A stretch of DNA of 32,264 nt from Octopus bimaculoides (Eukaryota): the NCBI RefSeq assembly GCF_001194135.2, contig NC_068981.1, forward strand, positions 18,629,314-18,661,577, read 5' to 3'. A program made the translations under genes and the position numbers. The notes under the pieces are model-generated. The model worked only from the letters and a program-made list of their open reading frames with translations, had not been told where the DNA came from and ran no database searches. Of the stretch, positions 21,914-32,264 are shown piece after piece. Positions within the stretch are counted from its first letter, which is position 1. Every line of letters starts with the position of its first letter.

Positions 21914-22077
21914 GGCATTTCGTCCGTCTTTACCTCCTGAGTTCAAATTCCACCGAAGTTTATTTTGCCTTTCATCTTTTCAGGGTCGATAAAATAAATA
22001 TCAGTTGAACACTGGGGTCGAAGTAATCGACCTATCTCCTCCCTGGAAATTGCTGGTTTCGTACCAAAATTTGAAAT
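21914..22077 (+). mobile_element. 5'-truncated SINE family B variant
   Basis: GAGTTCAAATTCC, TTGCCTTTCATC...GGGTCGATAAA, CACTGGGGTCGA. Confidence 0.8.
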
Positions 22078-22249
22078 CATTATTATCATATTGAGTAAAT
22101 TACATTATTCAAAGAGGTAATATGACTTAACTTCCTCATGGATGTATTCTTTCGTTTGTTTATTATTTATTATAACTTTTCACTGAATGAGGAAACTGCT
22201 TTCTAACAAAGAAAACAAAAGCTCAATCGCTAGAATTTGGCGTACAGTA

Positions 22250-22590
22250 TAATTCTTACACATCGAACTTTAGGAAAACCATTCATACCTTTGCTGTTCC
22301 ACTTACAGATTGTCTGGAAAATTGCGTGTTGGCCGGTCTATTTCTTTCTTTTTTTCGCTTGAAAACATTAAATTTTGCACATTGTTGTTTAGATTGTCGT
22401 TTAGAATTTACCAACACAAGCAAATCTCCCGGTGATTTTTGTTATAATTGCGAATTCATAATCAGGTTAGAGAAGCTGCAAGATTCGAAGCAGATATCCA
22501 CAGATTTTCTGCTTATCGCTGGTTTTCGAAGAGATTTTCACAGGTGTAGGGCAGCTTACCTCTGATTTTGTACATGACTTTTTCTGTTCC
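22250..22590 (-). pseudogene. Possible highly decayed mariner transposase fragment
   Basis: Frameshifted patches VDIC, KITG, NSKRQSKQ, RQSVSG.AKV resemble the region around the first catalytic D. Confidence 0.3.
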
Positions 22591-23101
22591 AAATAACTAT
22601 CTCAGGTGTGTTATGTTTTCACAACGAGAAGTTTTAATGGGATGAGAATGTTCCACCAATATCCCTGGTGTTGATATGTATACATATATTTAGTAGTAGA
22701 GAGGTGTTGTTTATATTCATTCCATGGTAGCCTTTTCCTGAGGTTGTCATTGTATATTGTTTTAGTAACGTCAGATCACAGTGAGAGGCAGTACGACGAT
22801 GATATTTTTGGGCAGCTGCCGATTCTGTGTGCTGTGTATGTAGGTATGCATTCACACATACATGCATACATACATACATACATACATACATACATACGTG
22901 TGTGTGTGTATCTTTGCATATGTGCATGTGTGTATATGACTTTGCATTTGTGCATATGTCTGTGCATGTATATATATCTGTATGTACTGTCATAACTATA
23001 TGTATTTATCTACACCTACACTTATTCATTATTTATGCATACACTCCGAGACACACGCGTACACACACACACGCACGCACGCGCGCACGCGCACGCGCAC
23101 G

Positions 23102-23145
<44 letters not shown>

Positions 23146-23619
23146 ATTGTTGTTTCGCTAAGGCATGGCGATACTAATAACCAGATGTTAGAACTCAATC
23201 ATTCAACTACGGTAGGGGTTGAATAATATTCTTAAGGCCGCAATTTACTCACACGCAGCATCTTCAGAGCTTTGTCGTTAATTCAGTTCTGAACGAAATT
23301 GAAATCTGTTAACATTTTTGAAAAGGGTTAGTCTCTAGTTATATTTTGGCATTAAAAAATTGAGATTCGGTCTGGTAGAAAAAAGTTTACATCAAAATTT
23401 GTAGCAACGTTAAAAGAGAGTAAGTAACGCCTCTAATCAAGTTTAGATCTAAATAACTTTTCTTTTATTTTAAAAACAAAATATATTTATCTTTGTTTCA
23501 ATAATAGAAGAAAGCATGAGGAATTTCACAGTTTTGGTCCCATTCAACAAAAGTTTGTATCAAAAAAGTTGAGGTAAAACATCATGAAAAAATATAAGGT
23601 AAAAAATTGGATTTAAGTA

Positions 23620-23870
23620 CTCTTTTATTCTTTTATTCGTTTCAGTCATTTTGACTGCGGCCATGCTGGAGTACCGCCTTTAGTCGAGAAAATCGACCCC
23701 AGGACTTATTCTTTGTAAGCCTAATACTTCTTCTATCGGTCTCTTATGCTGAACCGGTCTCTTATGTAAACACACCAGCATCGATGTCAAGCGATGTTGG
23801 GGTGGGGACACACACAAACATATACACACACACATACATATATACATATATACGACGGGCTTCTTTCAGT
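23620..23870 (-). mobile_element. 5'-truncated SINE family A
   Basis: TTTCAGTCATTTTGACTGCGGCCATGCTGGAG...ACGACGGGCTTCTTTCAGT. Confidence 0.9.
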
Positions 23871-23911
23871 TAATTAGCATAATAGCATAGCCTGGAAAAA
23901 AACATGGATTA

Positions 23912-24830
23912 CATGGAAAATGCAAGCAAGAGAAATAATATTCTTAACATTATAAACCTGGAGAAGTACAGGACAAGTTATTATATCTGGTAAAGTGCAG
24001 AACAAGAAAATCTTTACTTAAAATATTGCAGCTCGACTAAAGGCGGTACTCCAGCATAGCCGCAGTCAAATGACTGAAATAAGTAAAAGAGTAAAAGAGT
24101 AAAGAACTAAGGATAAAATCTGAATATTAAAAATTAATTGATCTTAATTTACAAAGTAACAATATAATTAAAATGAGTACCATCATTTTGTTAAAATATT
24201 GACACGCTAGAATACTTAAAAAATGAAAGCCAGAAGTATCAGTATAGCTAAAGTTTTATGCAAAGTAGAATAGTATGTATGGTAGGCAAATACATTATGT
24301 AAAAAATAGGCAGGCATTGGGTCAAGACTAAAAATGTGAAGACTTGGCAATAACTTAGGCAATAAGTCAAGCAAATTTTACTGCGAATTTGTTGTTATAG
24401 ATAGATTTTACTATAATATATAACTATTTTTTTGTATTATTCTATTTATTGTCATAACTAATTATGTACTACTATCATTTTTTATAACATATTTTCAAAT
24501 TTCTAATTATTAATTAATAATTAAAAAAATGAATTTTTTTAAAGTCCAAAAATATTTTAATTGATTTATTTTAAGTTTTAACAGAAGTAATAACAAATAG
24601 AAGTAATAACTTGTAATAAAATTTTTAGTTTTAATAAAAGCTAACATTTTCTGAATATTTTATTTGAAATTTTATCCGTAACTGCAATATTTTAAGTAAA
24701 ATTTTCTTGTTCTATATTTTACCAGATATAATAAGTTGTCCTGAACTTGTCCAAGTGTAATAACCTGTCCTGTAATTTTCCAGTTATATAATCTTATGAA
24801 TATTATTTCTCTTGCTCGCATTTTTCCATG
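23912..24830. mobile_element. AT-rich foldback/MITE-like element with ~150-160-bp TIRs containing sub-repeats
   Basis: 23912-24031 plus 24107-24119 versus the reverse complement of 24669-24830. The right arm carries an extra ~27-bp CAGGACA.GTTATTA unit. Confidence 0.8.
24032..24103 (+). mobile_element. 3' fragment of SINE family A inserted in the left TIR
   Basis: CTCGACTAAAGGCGGTACTCCAGCATAGCCGCAGTCAAATGACTGAAATAAGTAAAAGAGTAAAAGAG. Confidence 0.9.
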
Positions 24831-24840
24831 TTATACTTAA

Positions 24841-25497
24841 ACGTGGCACCTTGAGCAAATATCGTCTACTATAGCCTCGGGCCAAGGAAAACCATGTGAG
24901 TGGATTTGGTAGACAGAAATTGAGAGAAGCTCACGAAGGCGGCGAGCTGGCAGAAACGTTAGCACGCCGGGCAAAATGCTTGGCGGTATTCCGTCTACCG
25001 TTGCATTCTGAGTTCAAATTCCGCCGAGGTCGACTTTGCCTTTCATTCTTTCGAGGTCGATAAATTAAGTACCAGTTAAGCACTGGGGTCGATGTAATCG
25101 ACTTAATTCGTTTGTCTGTCCTTGTTTGTCCCCTCCATGTTTAGCCCCTTGTGGGCAATAAAGAAATTGAGAGAAGCTCCTCGTATATATTTATATATAT
25201 ATGTGCGCGCGCACCCGCGTGTCTGTCTGTCTGTATGTGTGTGTGTGTGTGTGCGCGCGCGCGCGTATCTATGTGTATATGTGTCTGTGTTTGTTCCCCC
25301 GCCATCGCTTGTTGACAACTGATGCTGATGTGCTTATGTCTCCGTAACTTAACGGTTCGGTGAATGAGACCGATAGAATATGTACTAGGCTTACGAAAAA
25401 TAGGTCCTGCGGTCGATTTCTTCGACTAAAATCCTTTAAGATGGTGCTCCAGCATGGCCGCCGTCAAATAGCTGAAACACGTAAAAGGTTAAAAGAA
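24841..25497 (+). mobile_element. 5'-truncated SINE family A interrupted by a family B copy
   Basis: The family A body is collinear on both sides of the 24933-25161 insert. Confidence 0.9.
24933..25161 (+). mobile_element. Full SINE family B with perfect 18-bp flanking duplication
   Basis: AGAAATTGAGAGAAGCTC at 24915-24932 and 25162-25179. Confidence 0.93.
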
Positions 25498-25511
25498 TGC
25501 ATTTTAACAAT

Positions 25512-25752
25512 AAGGCGGTGAACTGGCAGAGACGTTAGCACGCTGGGCGAAATGCTTAGCGGTATTTCGTCTGCCGCTACGTTCTGAGTTCAAATTCCAC
25601 CGAGGTCGACTTTGCCTTTTATCCTTTCGGGGTCGATTAAATAAGTACCAGTTACGCACTGGGGCCGATATAATCGACTTAATCCGTTTGTCTGTCCTTG
25701 TTTGTTTGTCCCCTCTGTGTGTAGTCCCTTGTGGGCAGTAAAGAAATAAGAA
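25512..25752 (+). mobile_element. Full SINE family B
   Basis: Head, core and AAAGAAATAAGAA tail as at 1919-2156. Confidence 0.92.
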
Positions 25753-25894
25753 TACGTCTTAACAACAGAATTTGATTCAGAGCCCGGTTGAGAACCACTG
25801 CTTTCGAGTAAAGCGATAGAAGAATACAGAACATAACATCAATGAATAAACGGCAGAAGTGCAGTAGTTACACTCGTATTTTGAACAAGTTTTA

Positions 25895-26284
25895 GTCATT
25901 TGACTGTGGCCATGCTGGAGCACTACCTTTAGTCGAGCAAATCGACCCCAGGACTTATTCTTTGTAAGCCAAGTACTTATTCTACCAGTCTCTTTTGTCG
26001 AACCGCTAAGTTACGGGGACGTAAACACACCAGCATCGGTTGTCAAGCGATGTTGGGGGGACAAACACAGACACACGAACATACACACACGCTCACACAT
26101 ATACATATATATATATACATACGACGGACTTCTTTCAGTTTCCGTCTACCAAATCCACTCACAAGGCTTTGGTCGGCCCGAGGCTATAGTAGAAGACACA
26201 TGCCCAAGATGCCACGCAGTGGGACTGAACCCGGAACCGCGTGGTTCGTAAGCAAGCTACTTACCACACAGCCACTCCTACGTC
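25895..26284 (-). mobile_element. Near full-length SINE family A with perfect 18-bp TSD
   Basis: TATTTTGAACAAGTTTTA at 25877-25894 and 26285-26302. A- and B-box-like motifs are intact. Confidence 0.95.
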
Positions 26285-27042
26285 TATTTTGAACAAGTTT
26301 TACTGACAAAAATTTTTCGTAATCCTTTCTGCTCATGAAACGCCATGATCATTATAATACAATGATATTCACTTTCTAATCTGTGAACTAATGAAATACA
26401 CTCAGTGCTATTGCATTTGTTACAACAAACTAAACTGTTGCTCTGGTGCCATGTTTCATCTCATGAGACTTATAATAATGTAACTCCACAAATTTCCCCA
26501 CATTTAATTCTCTTCATTAACCTATCCCAGTCCTCAACGGGGAAAAATCACTTTTATCATATTCTGCTGCCAAGGAGTCTTTGGTGCATTTCTGTGTCCA
26601 CAAGTTCACCTAGTGAGATAAAATGCAGTTTGTGCTTCACTTTTGTTTTGTTGGTTTTTGATTTTTTTTTTTGGTATCTTTATATTTTCATATTTTGCAA
26701 TCAGGGTTGACTAGACAGATTACAAAAATTAGAAGCAAATATAAAACAAACGAATAAATGAACGAAAAAAAAAAGAAAGAAAACGAGCAGCCACAATAAA
26801 CAAGGGGGAGGGGAATGAAGGATGGAATAATTATCGTACTTGAAGGAAACAATCCTGCTTGAAGGAAAGAAGAATAACGAACTTCTTGCAAACTGATCGA
26901 CNNNNNNNNNNNNNNNNNNNNNNNNNNNNNNNNNNNNNNNNNNNNNNNNNNNNNNNNNNNNNNNNNNNNNNNNNNNNNNNNNNNNNNNNNNNNNNNNNNN
27001 NCCAGTCTTATTACTAATACTGTGCTCACACATAACGTATCT

Positions 27043-27667
27043 GTTCATTCTAAAGACGTTCCGGTAGATTCGAACGTCAGTATCCGATCACGACAGCGGA
27101 GGGTACCTTCTCTTTTTAAACGATGCATATTCATAACACGTGATTCACAAGTGTAAGGGGACTTTGAGGTGCCGCTGTGTTTCGACTTCATTGTGTGCCT
27201 TTTCAGACAAAGCTACCCCCGTCCGACCACTGAATCGTCGGACCCCGTCTGACAAAAGCACCAACTCTTGTTTATAGGAATTAACAAACAAATTATTTCA
27301 TGTTGCGTGCTGATGTCTGCCAACGCATTGAGATTAAATTGATACATTATTGTTTGGATTCTCGTTGATTCTCTGTGCACCACATGAATTATTATCTGTT
27401 TGGCAGACATCAACACGCATCAGCAAATAATTTGCCGATTCTTATAAACAAGAGCTCGTGTTCTTGTCAGATTCATTGGTCCGGCGGGGTAGTTTTTAAC
27501 GGGGAGTACGCAATGCGGTCGAAACACCGCAGTGTCTCGAAGTCTTATATCGGTGAATCAGAGTGATTCGAGCACACATCGTCCATAGGGAGGTATTCTT
27601 CATTGACGAAAAACACCAGCGATCAGATATTTACGCTCGAATCTGCCAGAGTGTATTAAGAATTAAT
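27043..27667. repeat. Old long inverted repeat (~270-280-bp arms), each arm with a decayed hammerhead-like motif
   Basis: 27043-27323 aligns with the reverse complement of 27400-27667 (roughly 70-75% by eye, with indels). Motifs at 27161-27213 (-) and 27491-27543 (+). Confidence 0.8.
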
Positions 27668-27978
27668 TATTTACTCACTTTTTAAATTTTACTAGTTTCT
27701 GCTCGAGGCCTGCGGCCATACGGGGGCATCACCGTTTGGGCCATTGTTATTTGGAATATCGCTGTTAGATACTTATTGCTTGACGTTTGCTCTGTTGCAA
27801 GCAAAACAGGCCTTTCTTTGGTTTGAGAATCATCAGAAGCACTCCAAACCCCACCATCCTCCACATTTCCCTATGAATCAACAAATACAAACAAACCTCC
27901 TCAACAAATATCCTGTTTTCGAAAATCTGAGGATTTCTATCTTATCTAGTACCCATATCCATAACCTATCTCCGCGGT

Positions 27979-28360
27979 GGTGGAGGCGCAATGGCCCAGT
28001 GGTTAGGGCAGCGGACTCGCGGTCGTAGGATTGCGGTTTCGATTGCCCGACCGGGTATTGTGAGTGTTTATTGAGCGAAAACACCTAAAGTTCCACGAGG
28101 CTCCGGCAGGGGATGGTGGCGAACCCTGCTGTACTCTTTCACCACAACTTTCTCTCACTCTTACTTTCTGTTTCTGTTGTGCCTGTAATTCAAAGGGCCA
28201 GCCTTGTCACACTGTGTCACGCTGAATATCCCCGAGAACTACGTTAAGGGTACACGTGTCTGTGGAGTGCTCATCCACTTGCACGTTAATTTCACGAGCA
28301 GGCTGTTCTGTTGATCGGATCAACTGGAACCCTCGTCGTCGTAACCGACGGAGTGCCAAC
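27979..28360 (+). mobile_element. Full SINE family C with 11-bp TSD
   Basis: ATCTCCGCGGT at 27968-27978 and 28361-28371; tRNA-like head. Confidence 0.95.
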
Positions 28361-28379
28361 ATCTCCGCGGTCTAGGATA

Positions 28380-29150
28380 CACTCCATACTCAAATTTCAC
28401 TTCAAAATTTAGTGGTTGGCATACATAGACTCCAATCTCATTGTCTCTGAGCTCTCTCAAATGTATATCAGTAATGACAACTTCCAGCAAATTTAACTGA
28501 AAACTTTCCTCCCTCATTCTCCTGACTGCGACCCTCAATGGTTCACCGAAACCTCAAACCACTAACATCACTTTAACTATATTTCCTGTATTGGTAAAAT
28601 CTTCCTCACATCTCCTATCTCCAAAGTCATCGTCCCTGAGGACGTTTTCACAAATTGTCATGGCTCTTATATTCATCACAAACTGATGGTTCTTCATTTA
28701 CATATATTCAAGACAAATCTCCAAACACACATAGGACCTCCAAACACATACAGACTCTCCAAACATATCTCTTTCTCACCTTAAAACTTAAGCGCTACGA
28801 AACGCCAATGTCTCTAATAACAACGCGTCATCTGATTATTGCCTCATTGCAACTGCACAACACACAATTACGGCACAGCGCTTCTTTCAAGGTAGCTGAC
28901 TGGCTCCAGCCTCGCTAGCTTTATTACGATAATTATCCTTGACGGCACAATATTTCAAGTCTGAAGCATTAGACACAGTTGCGCTGAAACCATCCTTTTA
29001 GGTCTGCCCCTTTACATTCCAGATACAACAATATATCACAAATCTTCAAGCGGTCTACATGTGGTTGCGTTGCCGGTGCTCAGGTATATAACGCGCGCTC
29101 CCCATACGACTCCGAGAAAGCTATATGCACAAACACGCAGCTTCAAATAG
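28380..29150 (+). pseudogene. Decayed LINE apurinic endonuclease/linker region
   Basis: Patches SKVIV...NCH (GDFN-like), SSDYCLI (SDH-like), FKVADW, ILLGLPLYIP in shifting frames. Confidence 0.45.
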
Positions 29151-29887
29151 CAAAAACATAATGAAAGTAATTGCATGGCTCCTATTCTAGTGTCATTAAT
29201 TAATTAATCTAGTCTAGCAGTTGAGTACCGTTTGGCATGTTCTTTGGATGTTAACCCCTCTAGCACTCTCTGTATATGATCTGGGAGTGTCCATATAACC
29301 CCCCTGTCCATATCCTCCCCCTGCTGCCGTTAAGTTGATTACTGGAGCTTCAGCTATCATGACTAGACCTGAGAAGAATACTGGATTGCTTTCCCGGTGC
29401 CTTCCCCATGGAAACGGATTATAACTCAGAATCNNNNNNNNNNNNNNNNNNNNNNNNNNNNNNNNNNNNNNNNNNNNNNNNNNNNNNNNNNNNNNNNNNN
29501 NNNNNNNNNNNNNNNNNNNNNNNNNNNNNNNNNNNNNNNNNNNNNNNNNNNNNNNNNNNNNNNNNNNNNNNNNNNNNNNNNNNNNNNNNNNNNNNNNNNN
29601 NNNNNNNNNNNNNNNNNNNNNNNNNNNNNNNNNNNNNNNNNNNNNNNNNNNNNNNNNNNNNNNNNNNNNNNNNNNNNNNNNNNNNNNNNNNNNNNNNNNN
29701 NNNNNNNNNNNNNNNNNNNNNNNNNNNNNNNNNNNNNNNNNNNNNNNNNNNNNNNNNNNNNNNNNNNNNNNNNNNNNNNNNNNNNNNNNNNNNNNNNNNN
29801 NNNNNNNNNNNNNNNNNNNNNNNNNNNNNNNNNNNNNNNNNNNNNNNNNNNNNNNNNNNNNNNNNNNNNNNNNNNNNNNNNNNNNNN

Positions 29888-29920
<33 letters not shown>

Positions 29921-29945
29921 CATACATGCATACATACACACTCAC

Positions 29946-30825
29946 ATAGGGTTCAGTGAATAAACTGTCATCTAAATTACACAACAATGAAAATGACGCT
30001 GACATTACATTTTAACAGATATATTTACCAGACTTACAGAAAAATATCTTGAAATACTAAAGAGTAAATTTATTCAATAAAAGTGCCATTGGCCTCAACC
30101 TCAACCTCCAGACAACTTCAGAATTTTTTCCAACTTTTCTGGATGATCTTGTTTAAGTTGGTGAATGCTGCCATAATCCTTGCCTTGGGTTCTTCTTTGG
30201 TGTTACAAGGAGTTTTGTTGGTCTCTCGTTCAACTGCAGCCCACACATAATAATCAAAAGGTTTGCAGTTTTGGGAGATAGGTGACCAGATGTTAGGGGT
30301 GATGTGGTCGCAGAAATTGTCTGACAGCCATGACTGGGTTCTCCTGCTTGTGTGGCATGTTGCAGAGTCCTGTTGTCAGACATAGGGTTTTTCAGCAGCC
30401 ACCCTGTTGACCCAGGGTAGCACTACCCTCCTCCAGGCACTTGATGTAGGCCTCCGTGTTGAGTGTGAAGCCGTGTGGGAAGATGAATGGCGGCATAACG
30501 TCGCTATCACTAATGATAACACCAAACACCATGATGTTGACTGGATGTTTGCTTTTTATCACTCTCGGTACATGTCCTCATATTGCACTGTCTTCAGATT
30601 GACATCCAAATACTCTGAAATGTTCGTATTGAAACTTCCGGCGCGAGCGTCAAGCATGTCGTTACCAAATTTCTGGCAGAATGAATTGCGTCATGGTGTT
30701 GTTTTTCTTACAGATGGTGCCCAACTGGCCCTACTATACTGTGTAGTCGACAAAACCAAAACCAAACAATGCACATGCATGAAATTGAAAATATAAAATG
30801 GTGGTAATTTACCCAACGCACCCAG
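29946..30825 (-). mobile_element. Internally deleted DD37D (maT-type) Tc1/mariner element
   Basis: Minus strand: IMVFGVI, NTEAYIKCLEEVVLPWV, QQDSA...37 aa...PFDYYVW, VEANGTFIE* (stop 30070-30072). The N-terminal HTH stub is joined by a deletion near 30575. Imperfect GGGT-starting TIRs, TA at 30826. Confidence 0.88.
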
Positions 30826-31032
30826 TATATATATATATATTTACACATATTTTTATGGAATATAATATATATTTATCACTTCGGTTTTGTGTTTGGTTCG
30901 AAAAATTCTTGATGTGAATATAATTATCCCTGACACACACGCATGCGCACGCATGCATGCATGCATGTATGTATATATATGTATGTATATAATAATGGAT
31001 GGAAGGATGGATGGATGGATGGATGGTTGGAT

Positions 31033-31196
31033 GGGTTTCCGCACACTTTTCGTTTAGTAAATTGCACTTATAAGGTTATGTTTGACCAGAGGCTCTTCGT
31101 ATGATGTACCCCTTCAAGATGTGCATCGTACGTATGTGGTGAAATCGAACCGGAAACTCCGTGCATGCGAAGCGAGGTTTTTAATCAACAACAGCT
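31033..31196 (-). mobile_element. Old diverged SINE family A-related 5' half
   Basis: Collinear but highly mutated relative to 26125-26284. Confidence 0.55.
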
Positions 31197-31644
31197 GACG
31201 AAATTGAATCGAGTTAAGCAAGAGAGGAAGTTCAACTGCTCAAGCATTTCAATTCATCATATCCATGCTATTATCATTAACCTATCGGCCCTTTAAGGAA
31301 AGCTGCCGTAAATTAATCCCCATGCTCCTATCGTATTCACGTCACCTCTACCTTCCACTCTCTAATTTTTACACGAGACACATAGCTTGCAGCAGACGAA
31401 TGCATTCAACACTAATTGCAACAAAACTGCATGTTTGTCAGAAAGACTATGAATTAACGGAAGTGCATAGCTGATAGCGGTGTCAGTGGTGAGGGCTTTG
31501 GTGTTGGTGGTTTCTGTGGTGGCGGTGGGACGCTGTAGTATTAATCTTCGTGACGCTGTTGGAGTTAGTGGAAGGTGTTTATCATGTATAGGGGAGATGG
31601 TGGTGGTTGTTAGTCTTATTGGTGCTGGTTTCGAATTTGCCTTC

Positions 31645-31905
31645 GTTGTTGTTGTTGTTGTTGTTGTTGTCACTGTCGCCGTTTAGCACCAGGTCAGCAC
31701 TGATCCAGGAGATAAATGATCAAAGCCATTCCACTTGTGACCACCCCGTCATATCCCTGTGTACAAGGAACCAAGGAACACAACACTGTTCAATGTGATC
31801 GTTTCTAAGACGGTGGCGGAACGAAGAATGGTTGTGGTTAGGGGTGGGTCGGGTGGGAGACATGGGGCAGCTTTGGCTGCTATTTCTAGCACGTCGAACG
31901 ATGAC
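31645..31905 (-). repeat. Family D interspersed repeat with (AAC)n tail
   Basis: The reverse strand has GCTAGAAATAGCAGCCAAAG, then GGAATGGCTTTGATCA...CTGACCTGGTGCTAAAC, then (AAC)n. Confidence 0.5.
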
Positions 31906-31949
31906 GTAGGTACCACTGGTTGGCTCTAGCTCCTACGGGTGGTGGTAAC

Positions 31950-32264
31950 GTTGGTGGTGGTGGTATGGAATGGAGGTGGTGATGTCGCTGGTATGGTGGT
32001 AGTATTGGCAATAATGGTGTTGCTGTTGTTGTTGTTGTTATTGGTGATATAGTAGTGTTTGTGCTGGCGGTAGTGGTGGTGGTAGTTGCGGTAGTGGTGG
32101 CGGTAATAGTTGTGGTAGTGGTGGTGGTAATAGTTGTCGTAGTGATAGCGGTAGTGATTATAGTGTGATGGTGGTTGTGGTGGTGGTGTTGGTAGTGGTG
32201 GTAGTGGTGGTGGTGGTGGCAGTTGTGGTGGTGGTGGTAGTGGTGGTGGTAGTGGTGGTGGTAG
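31950..32264. repeat. Degenerate (GGT/AGT/GTT)n trinucleotide tract
   Basis: Read directly; runs to the window end. Confidence 0.95.

Noticed and set aside
26902-27001. Exactly 100 N
   Set aside because: Probably a placeholder gap of unknown size, so adjacency across it should not be interpreted.
27048-27085. CTAAAGA...CGAACGTC
   Set aside because: Two core defects, and the matching position in the other arm does not support a hammerhead.
27800-27842. Minus-strand CTGATGA...GAAAGGCCTG
   Set aside because: Position 17 is G and there is no stem I or stem II pairing.
29214-29433. Reflectin-like peptide (YNPF, GYMD)
   Set aside because: Lacks the repeated M/FDX5MDX5MD reflectin motif.
31362-31686. 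Thr-rich mucin-like and Val-rich ORFs
   Set aside because: Derived from degenerate ACC/AAC tracts and a repeat tail; no splice or start support.

Overview
AT-rich, microsatellite-dense eukaryotic DNA, most likely octopus/cephalopod judging by the SINE families (recognised from memory, not by search). About 4.2 kb is N, in 9 gaps. I can support no intact protein-coding gene. The ORF track is mostly microsatellite or N read-through, plus fragments of dead transposable elements. These are: three well-supported tRNA-derived SINE families and a less certain fourth, several nested with clean target-site duplications; a mariner relic split by a microsatellite and a LINE; a DD37D (maT) relic; a Helitron Rep/helicase relic; an R4/Dong-like endonuclease fragment; and LINE RT and APE relics. 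The main unexplained signal is a set of about 8 minimal type I hammerhead-ribozyme-like motifs of different sequence. Two show compensatory core swaps (G3-C8 at 13738-13788, U3-A8 at 9169-9211). Several lie in or beside long inverted or partial direct repeats, consistent with Penelope-like or retrozyme-like non-autonomous elements. One low-confidence candidate host exon lies at 5861-5969.
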